Shown: piece after piece, positions 35,201 to 48,318 of the stretch | How the letters are laid out: each line of letters starts with the position of its first letter | Position numbering within the stretch: position 1 is the stretch's first letter | Source of the DNA: Hormiphora californensis | Taxonomy: Eukaryota; Animalia; Ctenophora | Direction of reading: 5' to 3' | NCBI GenBank assembly: GCA_020137815.1 | Contig: CM035350.1 | Coordinates: 6,324,001 to 6,388,000, forward strand | DNA: 64,000 nt | Made by a program: the position numbers and the translations under genes | Notes under the pieces: generated by a model | Seen by the model: only the letters and a program-made list of their open reading frames with translations | Databases searched by the model: none | What the model was told of the DNA's origin: nothing

Positions 35201-37433
35201 TGAGATACCTACCTTTCCAAAACCCTGGTCACACTCAAAAACTGTGACGCTACTGTACGTGGTCTTGTCTGCTGTGTATGTTACTGAGGAAAAGAAAGGA
35301 TTGTTGGTTGTCATGAAAATCACGTTTGGTCGTCTTAGGGGGTTCCCGTCTTAGGAACATTTCGAGAAACTAGCAAAATTGTTTTGGACAGGACAATTAA
35401 TCTGATATATCAGGAACAGATATCTCACTTGTGCCGGTTGTGGTTGTTGTGGCTCGTTTTGTAGTTGCCTTAGTTCCCGTCATAGTGATTTTGAAGTCTC
35501 CCAACCCGATTATGTACTTCATAGCCCTGATATGGAGTTGTATGATGACGTCATTAGAGTTGTATGATGACGTCATTAGAGTGGTATGATGACGTCATTA
35601 TCATGGTTAAACTAGGTGAGAGACGGGCAGCACCTGGTTCGAATTGCCCTGGTCTACAATATATAGGGTGATAACGAAGTAACGACAACTATAACACACA
35701 ACTTACGCGGTGAAATCTCCCAGGATTTCTTGGTCACCTAGGGAGCTGATTTGTTTGTAGGTGAAGTTAACCTGGATCTTTTCAGCACCGTACAGCGTGA
35801 TGGTCTCACATTTCGTATCTGATGTCTTCATCTGGAACAATATGGTGTAATTATTGGAACACTCAACTAAACTAAAGAGTGGTAAGATTCAATCACGATG
35901 CTGTTTAGGAACTCTAATTTGTTTCAAACATCCAGGACCTCCTTTCTACACCCATCATCAAGCTTCTTTGTTGTGCTAGCGGGGGGAGAGAGTGAGAGGC
36001 ACGTCATGCTTCTACGAACCTCGCACGACTTGTTGGTAATACATGGTGTCAGTGCAGATTGGCTCTGAGACAACAAGTTGGAAATCCCTGTGTTTAGGTC
36101 ACTCCGTTTATCACTATTACACGCCTCTGACACGTTCGCCCCATTAGACGTGAATACAACGCTGGTGACAGCTTCTCTCTCGATTGGGTCTACAACCTTG
36201 GTGCAGATATCCGACCACTATAGTGGGGGTGGAGGGGGTTAGATATAGATTGGGGGTGGAGGGGGTTAGATATAGATTAGGGGTGGAGGGGGTTAGATAT
36301 AGATTAGGGGTGGAGGGGGTTAGATATAGATTAGGGGTGGAGGGGGTTAGATATAGATTAGGGGTGGAGGGGGTTAGATATAGATTAGGGGTGGTGGGGT
36401 TAGATATGATTAGGGGTGGTTGGGGGTTCGATATCTGGACTTATAGTGGTTCTGGGTTCCCTCTCGCTTCGGGGTGGCCGCGGGGTTCGCTCTCGCTTCG
36501 GGGTGGCGGGGGTTCTGCTCTCGCTTCGTGGTTGCGGTGTTTCGCTCTCCTTCGGGCTGGCGGGTGTTCGCTCCGCTTCAGGCTGGACGGGGTGTTCGCT
36601 CTAGCGTGGGGGTGGTGGGGCTTCGCTCTGCTTCTGGGTCGCGGGGTTCGCTCTCGCCTTTGTGTTGTGTCGGGGAGGTTCATCTCCTCGCTTCGTTGTG
36701 GTCTTGAAGGGTTCGTCGCTCGCTTCGGGGTGGGGGGGGGTGCTCTCTCTTGGGTGTGGTGGGGGTTCGCTCCGCTTCGGGGTGGCGGGTGGTTTCGCTC
36801 TCTCTTCGGGGTGGCGGCCGGGTTCGCCTCCGCTTGGGGGTTCCGGGGTTCGCTATCGCTTCGGGGGCGGGGGTTCGCGCTCGCTTCGGAGTGGATGGGG
36901 GTTAGACTCTAACTTAGAGATAGATCAGACTGGGAGGAGATGGGTCAGGGGGGAAGGTAAAAAGTGTAACACATGACAGCTGTCTCCCTAACCCATTTTC
37001 TTCACAGGTCCTGACTAATGGTTATACCTTAGCGTTGAAGTTATTTGCCGTCTGACCTGACCACCATCCTGTTTCGTTGTTACACGTCTGCTCCAGGTAT
37101 TCACTTTCTACATTCCTATGAAAGGGGGGGTTGTGCACATAGTTCTGCACCTTTTTCTAATGTAATATTTTTTCATTATTTAGTTCCAAACCCGTCAAAG
37201 CTAGCTAACTTCCCCCTAATCGATACATTAGATATTCGCCCTTCTTGTAATAATCAGCTCCTTACTTAAAGCTGTATCCCTGATCAGTATCGCATCGTAG
37301 GTAGCAGGTTGTATTGTATGTCGTGACTGTCTTAATCTTCTCTTCCATTATCTTCGTCTCCACTTCTTTTACCCAATCTTTACAGTTCGTCCCACCGGCC
37401 TTGGTACAGTTCTTACCTGTGAGAGGGAGAGAG

Positions 37434-37500
<67 letters not shown>

Positions 37501-39275
37501 GAGAGACTGACGACAGTCAGATAGCGTGACGACCGAAGGAATGAAGCCCGATCTCCTGAGCTAGAGAGATATCTGCTAGGACGAGATAGACAGAAGCTGC
37601 ACTCCGCTCCAAGTGGGTACTCGCAGGATACGCTTGTTTGTAGCCGTCTCGGCAGTATCCCCGCAGGGCTCATCCAGAGAGTAGACAATAGACAGAGACA
37701 GAGAGACTCTTCTTCCCTTAATTCGGGTACTCCATTATACCTGTGTTTGTAGCCCCTGTCTCGGCAGTATCCCCCGAACATACACAAGTCGTTTCATTTT
37801 GTTTCACGGTCACCCACTCCTCTACTGTCTCATTGGTTACAATGGCGATGTTTTTACACTCAATTGTAGAATGTGAAATGGCAGTCAGGGTCAGGACACA
37901 CGGCTTACCCTCTGAAAGTGGGGGATTAAATTGACGGGGTGGGGGAATTAACGTCCTAGATAGTGTGGTGTGTGGTCCGGATTTCTAGTCCACTACCGCT
38001 TGTCTTATGTAACGGCCCGGTGCGAAGAAGGGTGCGGGGTGTACACTAGGGGTTGCTAAGTCGGAATGAATCGCTATGCATCATATTTCCTGTTATTCAT
38101 TGGGTAATTATCTACAGATATCCGGAGTTTCAGCCCAAACGGTTGAGCCACTAAGGATCGCAAGCCACTTTTGTGACCCTTGTTTTTGCTGTTTATTGCA
38201 GTGCGCATGGGTTGTATTCGTGTACATACGGTTGTATAGTAAAAAATTGGGTCTTTATAGTCAAATATCGCTATGCATCATATTTCCTGTTATTCATTGG
38301 GTAATTATCTACAGATATCCGGAGTTTCAGCCCAAACGGTTGAGCCACTAAGGATCGCAAGCCACTTTTGTGGCCCTTGATTTTGGTGAAAAATCGGGAA
38401 AAAATCGAAAAAAATTTTAAAATTTCAAAATTTCAAAACACGGAAATTAGTTCATAGAACATCCCAATACATGTGCAAGACTTTAAAATTGAGTATTCAA
38501 AAATTTCAACTTAGCAACCCCTGATTGTACAATGTATTGTACAATGTACTGATTGTACAGTGTACACTGTACACCGTACAATCAGTACATTGTACAATAC
38601 ATTGTACAATCAGTGCCTGACAAACAGGAGCCAACGTTTTCATCATTTTGTTTTTAGAGGGGGTCGCTCAGGCTGTCTCCGTTCCCTCCCATCAGCACAA
38701 GGCGTCAGGTGAACAGTCATCAAAACACAGAAGCGAACTTCCGGCAAAGTTTCCTGCTCAGGAACGAAGAGCAACCTCATCATCACGACTGATTCGGTTG
38801 TCTTTGGTAGAAGACTAAGGTGGGACACATACTGTAGAAATGATCCTAACGAGTATGGTCTTAATGTTGGAGTGCAGAAGCGGGGGATGTGACATACCGA
38901 ATAGAAACAATCCTTGTGTTCTAGTTAAAACTCTTTCTCAGCTTGATATATCTAATTTCATTTGCTCCATGCCACCTGGCTTTACAAGTTTCATTGATAT
39001 GTGCATGTTGGAAGACGCGTGTGTGTAAAGACTTCCTAGGAAGACTTCCTAGAAACATTGTACCAAAACTCATCATCATGGTTTCTTTCACCTCAATTCT
39101 CTCTGTCTCTGCAGCACTTAACTTGGTTACCTTGGTTACGAAGTGAGAAGTCACCCCTACCCTAGCGGGGGGGGGGGGGGGGGGGTGATTTCATTACCAA
39201 GCACTTACCGGATACAGTAAAGAGAAGACCAAGTAAAAGTACAGTGCCAAGGCACCACCACTTGCAAGCTACCAT
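29236..39275 (-). CDS. Receptor-type protein tyrosine phosphatase-like protein, probably a pseudophosphatase
   Basis: Signal-peptide exon 39275-39209; Cys-rich sushi-like exons from 37900 to 34000; TM exon about 33765-33883; PTP motifs IVPYDVSRV, DYYNASYI, YIAAQTP, FWKII, QYWP and MRDQRPMMV..EQY; acidic tail. Some indels and one in-frame TAG. Confidence 0.8.
36226..36900. repeat. 27-bp minisatellite GGGGTGGAGGGGGTTAGATATAGATTA; distal copies A-to-C converted
   Basis: Seven clean copies to about 36414, then GGGGTGGCGGGGGTTCGCTCTCGCTTC-type copies to about 36890. Confidence 0.9.
38047..38523. mobile_element. Non-autonomous TIR element (hAT-like ends) with an internal direct repeat of about 115 bp
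   Basis: TAGGGGTTGCTAAGT ... ACTTAGCAACCCCTG; ATCGCTATGCATC...CCACTTTTGTG repeated at about 38070 and 38267. No clean 8-bp TSD. Confidence 0.65.
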
Positions 39276-39767
39276 GGTTCATTGCATCTTAACAACACAT
39301 GCTTCCAGCTGGAAATAATGACGTCACACACGTGATACAATTCAGACAAGATGACGTCACACGTGATACAATTCAGACAAGACATGACGTCACACGTGAT
39401 ACAATTCAGACAAGATGACGTCACACGTAATACAATTCAGACAAGATGACGTCACACGTGATACAATTCAAACAAGATGACGTCATAACAATGTTAGTAA
39501 AACAACATAACAAGCACACTATCTGCTATCACGAAATAAAAAGTTGTTTCATGGATTCTACATCCTTGCCCCTTTTAAACAGACAACATCTAGAGACAGA
39601 CACGGCCACTCTCCAGACAGAGAGAGGGAGGGAGAGATGAGGAAAGGCAAGGTAAAGTTGTGCTAGCTTTACCCTGAGTGTGTGTGTTTCACCAGATCGG
39701 CTTACACGTGAACACACCGTACTACACACGGAACAGTGGAACACAACACAATACACGGTGGAGACTG

Positions 39768-40130
39768 GAGTGGTGGGTATTATATAGTGGATATATTGGT
39801 GGAGTGGTGGGTATTATATAGTGGATATATTGGTGGAGTGGTGGGTATTATATAGTGGATCTATTGGTGGCCGCGCGAGCCAATCAGAGGGCTGGATTTC
39901 GAAATTCTGGCCTCTAATTGGCTCGCGCGGCAAAAATGACTAAAAATGAGTGTGAGTGAACCGAACCTTCCCGATAAGATAGAAAGCTAATTCCGGTTGC
40001 GTTGGATTCGTCTTGAAAAGCTGATTCAGAAAAGCTCCGTGCCTCATTTGGACCTTATACACCGTCAGACACTAGTGGTGGATATTATATAGTGGATCTA
40101 TTGGTGGAGTGGTGGGTATTATAAAGTGGA
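39768..40130. repeat. 34-bp tandem repeat interrupted by a roughly 200-bp CCAAT-hairpin insertion
   Basis: GGAGTGGTGGGTATTATATAGTGGATATATTGGT x3, insertion at about 39870-40072, then two more copies. Confidence 0.8.
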
Positions 40131-41131
40131 GTTATTGCTGGTAAAGATAGTATCATTTGTGTAGGTCTGAGAAAGAGGTGACCAGGGAGTGAGAGATGCG
40201 AGGAGAGAGCTGTGTTTTAGGAGAGGAGAATATGTTGCTCGGGAGATGATGGGGAATCATCTCCCTGATATTCAATTAAGCTAAAAGTCCATTATTGAAT
40301 GATCTTCATTAGCTACTTGTGATAACAAGGTGGATATATTAGTGTGTAGAGGGGATGGGAATTAGTAGTACCCATGAGATGCTGGTATGGTTCGATCTAA
40401 GCATGGCTCTTACCAAGCTTGCAGCTGAATAAATTCGGTGTCCATGCCCAACTATGTATTCTCTGAGTTGGTACATGCCTAACATAATAGAAGTGCTAGA
40501 TGGAATAGAATAGAACGTCTCTTTGTTCATCGTTCCGCCCGTCCAGGTAGTATAGTACTTTAAACGTGTCTGCATAAAACGTGTCTACATCTTTGTTTTC
40601 AAACTATTGGATGGTAAAGTACCGCAACTCTACCTGTTAACAGATTCACACCTCAGTTAGACCAAGTTAACTTCATGTCATCAAGGAGTTGCTTCTTCCA
40701 GTGTTTTAGTAGACTTAGAGCCTACCGACTGATGATGAAATATAAACACAGTGGTAGTAGACCGATAGACTATCGTAATGGACTTGCTATTATGAACTAT
40801 AGGCTACATGTATGCTTGAGACGTATGAGTTGCCTATGCTTGATCATTATTTCTTTCCCTAATATGTGAGCCATTTTACATCTTCATAACCCTGATATTT
40901 GCACTTGATACGAGCTTTTTGTTTTATTTTAATATTTTAATACAAGTTCAACATACATGGAATTATAAAATCATTCTTCGTTTACACATCGCGTAAAAAC
41001 ATCAGCCTCCTGGGCTTTAGACTCTCTCTCTCTCTCTCTCTTCCTCAGTCTCTCTCCATCTCTCTCTCTCTCTTCCTCAGTCTCCCTGTCTGTCTCTATC
41101 CCTCAGTCTGTCTCTATTCCACACTCCCTGT

Positions 41132-41678
41132 TCAATTGCAGTGATCAGAGTTGTCGAAGGTGTATCGGTGAAAGATAAGATACCCCACTGCATCGCCGAA
41201 CAAAACCGCCAGGCATATCCACACGTTATACGTCATCACGACCAACATGAGAAAATAGGACATGGCCGTTTGTATCATCTGTAGAGCCGTCTGAGTGAGG
41301 TGTAGTTTCCAGTTGACCGTCCTCACCCTCAAACCCGTCTCCTCTGGGTGGGTGTTTCCACCCTCAGGGAGGGTGTTATACTGGGGTGATCCGCTTCTTC
41401 TCTCAGCTAACACCTTTGCTATCAGACTACTTGGTTCGGAACACTCACAGCTCTTCTGAACGTAGCCCCGGGTAAACTTGAGGCCCTGATAGAGGATTGC
41501 CAGGACAAACCAACAGGCACATGTCCCGGCCATCCCTGCGGCAGTTTTGACATCCCAGAAATCAAAGAGACAGGTGACCTTAGGTGCTAACGTAGAATGT
41601 CATCTGCATCATCATCATGTCCATCTCGTTACCACCACCCTCCATCTTCATATCATGGTTCATAGTATCGGTATTCAT
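41132..41678 (-). CDS. SLC31A1: High-affinity copper transporter Ctr1, intronless, with an apparent +1 frameshift near 41581
   Basis: Met-rich N-terminus (EMDMMMMQMTFY), CLFDFWDV, TM2 YFLMLVVMTYN (MxxxM), GDAVG and C-terminal DHCN. Confidence 0.9.
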
Positions 41679-43665
41679 ATACTGGTCCTGTAAAAAACAA
41701 TAGTTTAGTCGTACATGTGCCCTCGTACAAGCTCGAATAATTGGAATATTCACTTTACATTTTCAACGTCAGAGTTTTGGGCGGAACCATCTCTTCGAAT
41801 AGCGCACTGATAATTGCAATAGATATGAAGGTGTCATGAACACATAATGTCAGCATCTATTTGCTAGAAAATATAATGCGTTAGTCGCACCAGGTGTCGA
41901 AATAGAGAGGGAGCAAATGCAATAGTAAAAAACACCGGTAGAGTTTGTGTCATTCAGAAAACGTCGACTATAAGATTATCTTTTGAAAATGTTAGAGCTA
42001 ATTTTCTCGACCCTGTCTCGCCGCGTTTGAACAAAACAAGGTAATTAGAGCTACAAAATATTGGTTTAAAATTATTCTCTGAGCGTAAGATATGCATGTT
42101 ACACGCCGAGAAAATCTACGTGTATTGAGACATACTAGATCCGCTACAATAATGCAGTGTATAGGTCCGGGTGTTTAAAGTGCGGGGGCAGATGGCGCTG
42201 GTCGGACAGTGGAATTAGCTGTTAAACAACAAACAGTTGTTTGTTAGTTTAGTTGATCAGCTGGATATGATCCAACTAGGAGACAGACCTTTTAGAAATA
42301 CATTAGTGAACAATCTGATGGTAGTAGTTGAGTTCAGCTTCCAATTCGATGCAGTAGGTATTGACCCTAACTAAAAGTAAAACTGAAGCATATTCAACGT
42401 AGGTACGTAGAGATCAGATTCTGTAATAGGTAGTAAATTTATATCAGGCCACTCTGCAGCGCATGATGACATAGCCAGTAGCCAAGCAACCTGAAGGTCT
42501 AGTCGAGCAAGTAACAAGATGGAAGTGCTAGTGGAACCTCTTCATAAAGTCGTGACTAGGTGGATGGTCATGGGCATGGGTGGTTCTTATCGGTAGTTGC
42601 TACTTGGTCACAACGAAAAGTTCGTTTCAAATTACCAGTTTCTACACCAAGGTCCAAGCTTCTCTAACACTGCCAGGCCAATGCTCTGACCACAGTTCTC
42701 GTTCGCTTTGAAAGAAATGAGAATAGGGTCACTGGTCAGGCCAGGCAGGTGAGAAGAATCGTTGATAAAGTTGGGCATCGATCTTATCAACACGTTAAAC
42801 AAAGAGATAGCAAATTTATGATAAAGCTTGACTCTGAAGCATCACGTGGCAGGAGTCAAGATATTGCCGCAGTTTTCGTTGAAACAATGCTGGAAAAACA
42901 AGCTTCTATGAAAGGTTTTATATACAATATGTACATGAACATGAAAGATTTTATTTAAATTATTGGTCAGTAAACGAATATATTGAGGCCCCTCGGTATT
43001 ATATACCTATACAGGATATATAATAGGATATCCTAAAGAGCTGCAAAATTCACAAAGCTTTTAGGAATTAGGATGACATTGAACACCTGCTATCTCTCTC
43101 TCTCCTCTCTCTCTCTCTCCTCTCTCTCTCTCTCCCCTCTCATTCTCTCCCCTCTTTTATTATCAAATGTTCACAGGAACTCATAGTTTTCGGGACAAGC
43201 AAGTCTCTAATTTCAGTGTATCATTTTTATCAATGCTGTTTCTGGGAAACGGTTGAATAAGATTATCTATGAGTCACACGATATATGCGAAACGCAAAAT
43301 TGATATGACTTTTCACATACAGAATCATATCAGACTTGAGCATGTTTATATGTAGAAGATGAATTTCAACAGGATCAGGAAGGTGTAACAAAGATTTTCT
43401 CGAGCGTCGTTTATACACTTGGCCTTGATCAATACCTCGATACGTGCATTGAGCAGTATACAACTGTTAAGTTTTCATGTGTTGCAGTCAGAATAAACAT
43501 CTCATATTTCATCACAAATATTTGACAATTGATCAATCACAAACTGAAACACATAAACATAAAAGTATATCTCTCGACAGAAAAGTGTCTCACAGGGGCC
43601 ATTTTAAAGTCAGCCAGCTGCTTCCCCACTACTTTGTGTAAAGGTAGAACTGCTTGTTAAGAGAA

Positions 43666-43770
43666 CTACAGGAAGAGGTATGTGAGAGGTAGAGCGATGA
43701 GGAGGAAGATGGAGGGTAGTGAGGTCTTGGCATCGTTACAAAGTTCCTCTGTGCATTCCTTTACATCAAC
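43666..43770 (-). CDS. Terminal exon of a Ly6/three-finger-like GPI-anchored protein; upstream exons lie in noisy sequence
   Basis: DVKECTEELCN followed by the hydrophobic tail TSLPSIFLLIALPLTYLFL and a stop. Confidence 0.5.
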   Translation of the reverse strand, partial: VDVKECTEELCNDAKTSLPSIFLLIALPLTYLFL

Positions 43771-45467
43771 AGGGAAATTTGAGCGAGGGGTAAAAGAAAA
43801 TTTGCCGGACGGAGGGAGAATTTTTTTTTTTTTAGGACTTGCCAACAAATGGGGTTATGGTCAGGAACACTAGCTGTCCCGGGCCATCCTACGGATTTAT
43901 TATATATGTAGTAACATTGGGGGACAAATTAGGGATGAGTCGGACAGTGTACTTACTACTTAATTTATACTTGGGCAAATTTCCATGATCCCGGAAAAGG
44001 TGTACAATTCCCTTTGGTTTTCTTTCAGAGACCCCACATAGTTTGAAGGGCAGCAGCTGCGCCCACCAGAGCCCCCCAAACAATTTTAAAAAACTCTATA
44101 TTAAGATAAAAGTTGGTAAAGTATTCAGAGATCACTGGATTATATTGATTCGGCTTACACCCCGATTATACTGCATAGACCGGGGTTTTCCCACGCGATT
44201 TTTAAGGAAAAAAAGAGGGGGGCCCAATGGGGGTGGTTCAAGAAACCGAACCCCCTCTTAGGCCCAGCAGTAAAAATTGCCTAACAATAACAGCAGAACT
44301 GCAGGGGAGGGTTACAGTTTTTTTTGAAACATTTTGAGCGCAGGACTTTCCTGTGGGTAGGAGTTCTCACTTCCCCCACCAAAAGGGGGTATAATAACAA
44401 GAGAAGGGAAAAAAAGAAAGGCAGAGAAAGAGTTTTGAAACGTGTTAGCTCAATTTGTTTAAGGCACGGAAAAAAATTCGTGTATATAATTTTTTTTTCC
44501 TGCCTTAAAAGAAGAGAGGGTGAGAGATTGAGCCCATCCCCTACCCGAAGCTCTAGTACCACATTAATACGGCAAGGTTTTAACGCCGTAAGGGAAAAAG
44601 CGTGATAAGGAATCTCTGAAATTATTCTGAGACGATGTGACGGAGTGGTAGAGTAATTTTTAGGGGGCATTATTATGGCGGTGGTCAGGTTTTAAATGCC
44701 TTTTTTCAGAAAAATAAGAGAGAGGGGGGAAAAAGGGGGCAGAGGGGGGTTTTTAAAAAGAACAAACCAAAAAGAGGATAAACTTTAGGGGGGCCCCTTT
44801 TTAAAGGCTTTCTCCCTTCTCTCCTCTCTCTACCGTTATTTTTTCTCCTTTCGCCCCTTAACCTACACTTTCCTCCCTTTCTCTTCTTTCTCTCTTTCTT
44901 GTCCTTTTTTCCCTTTTTTTTTTTTTTCCTTTCCCCCGCTCATTTTTCAATTTTACTTTTCCAAGCCCCCCCGTTTTGTTGGGGGTACTTAGCATTTTTT
45001 TTATGTTTTGAGTTTTTTAAATCTTGACCTTCTTTTTATATTTTACTAAAGTTTCTCTAGGAGAATACATGCCTGCCTCACCTCGACCCCCCTCATTCAT
45101 TTATGCTTTTTTTTAAAACGTCCCAATTCTTTTCCTTCAGTCCCCTATAAACCCAAATAAGCCCATTAAAAGAGATGGTTTAGAGAAGGTTCAGGTTTTC
45201 CTCAAATGTCATTTCCAATACCGGGTTGTTTCTTTTTCCAATCCAAATTTGACCACTCCCAGTGCCTGTATGATTTCTCGTTCACTGCCCACCAACTATT
45301 CAAAACGCTTTTTCTTGGGGTTATATCCCCTCATTTCTCTCCCTCACGATATTTTGGGGGCCGTTTTAAAAAGGGGAACCCAAAAAATTTTTTTTTAAAG
45401 GGAAAAATTTATACACCTCTCTCTCCCTATTGTAGCTCCCTCGATCTCTCCCTCAACAACTGCAACC

Positions 45468-47691
45468 ATGTCTGACTGTGCTGCTGCTAAAGTTATGTTC
45501 TCCTTTTTTGATGATGATGGTAATGGTGGAATCACCCTTGTTGAGCTGAAGGAGGCCCTTGCTGGAGTTGGGGTGAAGTTTAGTGAGGAGGAGATCACTG
45601 CCTTCTTCAACAAGGTAACACATACTATGGGGTCTGTAAGACACCCATACAAACACGATCGTCCTTATTAGGGCCGCTATAGCCCTATACATTATAACGT
45701 GTTGGGCATAAAAAATGTCCCCGCTAGACTAGCATAGTTCCAGATACCGTAGAGCTCTAAAATTTTACACAGTTACTCTATGGGACAAATAAATAGGTTC
45801 CACAAAATTTCAGACTTTTCGCTCAAAGTTCATTTTTTTGATAGGAATGAACATGGTCATTCATTCCAAAAAACATGATTTTCCGGTCCAGAAGTCAAGC
45901 AATTATCTTTGGCTCTCAATTTTCTTTATAATGCGACCAAGAAAAGCCAAAACAGACAACCACAAGGGACACAGTGGTCATGCTTCTGACAGTTAGTCAG
46001 GTCATGTGATCCCCACCGAATCGAGAATTGCTAATCAGGCTGAGCGGGGAAGAATCACGTATCACAGTCGCTAATGAGGGATGTGTATCGAAAAAGCGAC
46101 ATGTGATTCGAGAGCACTTGGCTAAAAAGGCCACTTGTTAATGAGCTTCGGATCTCATGACCAATCGTCATCGTCATCCCTCATTAGCGGCTGTGATACG
46201 TGATTCACCACCACTGAGCCTGATTAGCAATTCTTAATAACTTACACGATTCGGTGGGGATCGCATGACCTGACTAACAGTCAGAAACATGACCACTGTG
46301 TGCCTTGTGGTTGTCCGTTTTGGCTTTTCTTGGTCGCATTTGAAAGAAAATTGAGAGCCAAAGACAATTGCTTGACTTCTGGACCGGAAAATCATGTTTT
46401 TTGGAATGAATGACCATGTTCATTCCTATCAAAAAAATGAACTTTGAGCGAAAAGTCTGAAATTTTGTGGAACCTATTTATTTGTCCCATAGAGTAACTG
46501 TGTAAAATTTTAGAGCTCTATGATATCTGGAACTATGCTAGTCTAGGGGGGACATTTTTTATGCCCAACACGTTAGCTGAACGCTAAAATTCTCTGCTAT
46601 AATTCCCTACATTTATTGGTACACATGACAGCGGGACCCCCGTGACAGATGTGGTGTATAATAATATAAGACAGCTGCCCAAATTATATTCCTATACCTC
46701 CCGTCGCACCAGGCGGACGCACCAACCCCCACCAACCCCCTCCCCCGGCACCCACCCACCCCCTCCCCGGCTAACCATTAAACCCTCCCACCCACCCCCT
46801 CCCCCGGCTAACCATTCCCCCTTCAGTATGATACTGATAAGAATGGAGAGATTGATTTCAATGAGTTCGTTGCCCTGTCAATGGCACTGAGGACAAACGC
46901 CATGTCTGCTGAAGAGGACGCCATGGCCAAACTCTTCGCTTCCATCGATGTTGACGGAAACAGGTATTTGGGGACGGGTTTTTGTTGGGTTGGTTATTTT
47001 AGTGCCCATTTATTACTATTAGTTAGAAAATACATTCTCTATTTTAGTAGACCATTTTCGGTAGTCGGGATATAATATTTCTAAAGCTCGGTAACATTGT
47101 CTTGGTTCCGGCACCAGACCCTTCCTGGCCTCTCTAGAATCTTTTCTTGAGAAAATTCCGAGATATATTTTCCTTCCTCGACCGTATCTCTCGTCGCGCC
47201 CCGGGTTAGAACATAACAACGTGATAACGGGTCTGGTGCTTATTAGACTCAGAGGTTAGCAGAAAGTGCATGGGGAGGGGTGATGAAGTAAAATAGAGCT
47301 AGGCGACAAGTAAAATTTTAATTGTTTAGTAATATAACGAGAGCGACGCTTCAGGGAGTGTAGGTTTACTGTGTTTGTGTGCTACCCTGTGCTAAATAGT
47401 TGCTAGTAAGTCATTAGACACTACCATATCGACTCTGCACCCAGCTATAACTCCCCTCTTGTTCTCTCTTCCTTTCACTCTCACACAATCTCTCTGACTC
47501 TCGTCTCACACCTCTTTCCCTCTCTCCCTCGCTGTCTTATTGTCACACTCCCCGGCGGTTCCCTAACTAGGAAACTAGAAAGGCTCTCTTCAGTCTTCAT
47601 TCCAATGACCGACCATTCTTTTGAACATTATCCTCGACTCGTTCATTGTTCAATCATCTCTGTCTCTCTCACTCACTCTCTCTTTCTCTTG

Positions 47692-47774
<83 letters not shown>

Positions 47775-48318
47775 TCTCTCTTTCTCTCTCTCTCTCTCTA
47801 ATTTCTCTCCATTGCTTCTGCACACAAGCAAACATCTCTTACTGATACCAATTTATCAGTGGTAGGTAGCTAATAACCGTTTGTGTCTGAATCGCCTGTC
47901 TAGATCACAATTTATCTAACCTCTCCCTCCCTTCCAGGTCGCTCTCTCACTCTGAGATCAGGGAGGGTATTGCTAGCTTCACTGGAAAGCCCGCTGATGA
48001 TGAAGAAATCACCAAGCTGATCAAACAGGTAATTGTTAAGAAACTTCCTTAAATTACGTGGCTTACGCGGCAGGACTATGCACCAAAAACGATTTAGTAG
48101 TTTCTGGTACTATTTTTTACCAACCTTGCAAATGAAAATTCGTACCTCCGGAGATCTTATTAGGATATATCAGATCGATTTTATTACCTAGATTTGTCCC
48201 TATATCTAATGAGCCCCTTCTCCCACAGTTGGATATTGACGGAGATGGTGAGATCAGTTACGAAGAGTTCTCCCAAAACATCCTCACCAAGATTGCATTG
48301 GCTATCAAACAGGGATAA
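45468..48318 (+). CDS. Calmodulin-like four-EF-hand calcium-binding protein, about 154 aa
   Basis: Exons 45468-45614, 46827-46963, 47938-48028 and 48229-48318. Loops DDDGNGGITLVE, DTDKNGEIDFNE, DVDGNRSLSHSE and DIDGDGEISYEE. Confidence 0.9.
45697..46573. mobile_element. TA-flanked foldback MITE, 877 bp, almost fully palindromic, in intron 1 of the EF-hand gene
   Basis: TA-ACGTGTTGGGCATAAAAAATGTCCCC ... GGGGACATTTTTTATGCCCAACACGT-TA; arms pair for about 390 bp. Confidence 0.9.

Noticed and set aside
36184-36976. 242-aa and overlapping repetitive ORFs
   Set aside because: They arise from an intronic minisatellite and its A-depleted, stop-poor continuation.
38640-39160. Possible extra PTP exon or transposase fragment
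   Set aside because: Interrupted frames and no recognisable domain.
43780-45410. Homopolymer-rich block and its ORFs
   Set aside because: Same noisy-read signature; it probably obscures the Ly6-like gene's upstream exons.
45468-48318. Calcium-activated photoprotein
   Set aside because: About 154 aa with four calmodulin-like loops; photoproteins are about 200 aa with three functional EF-hands.
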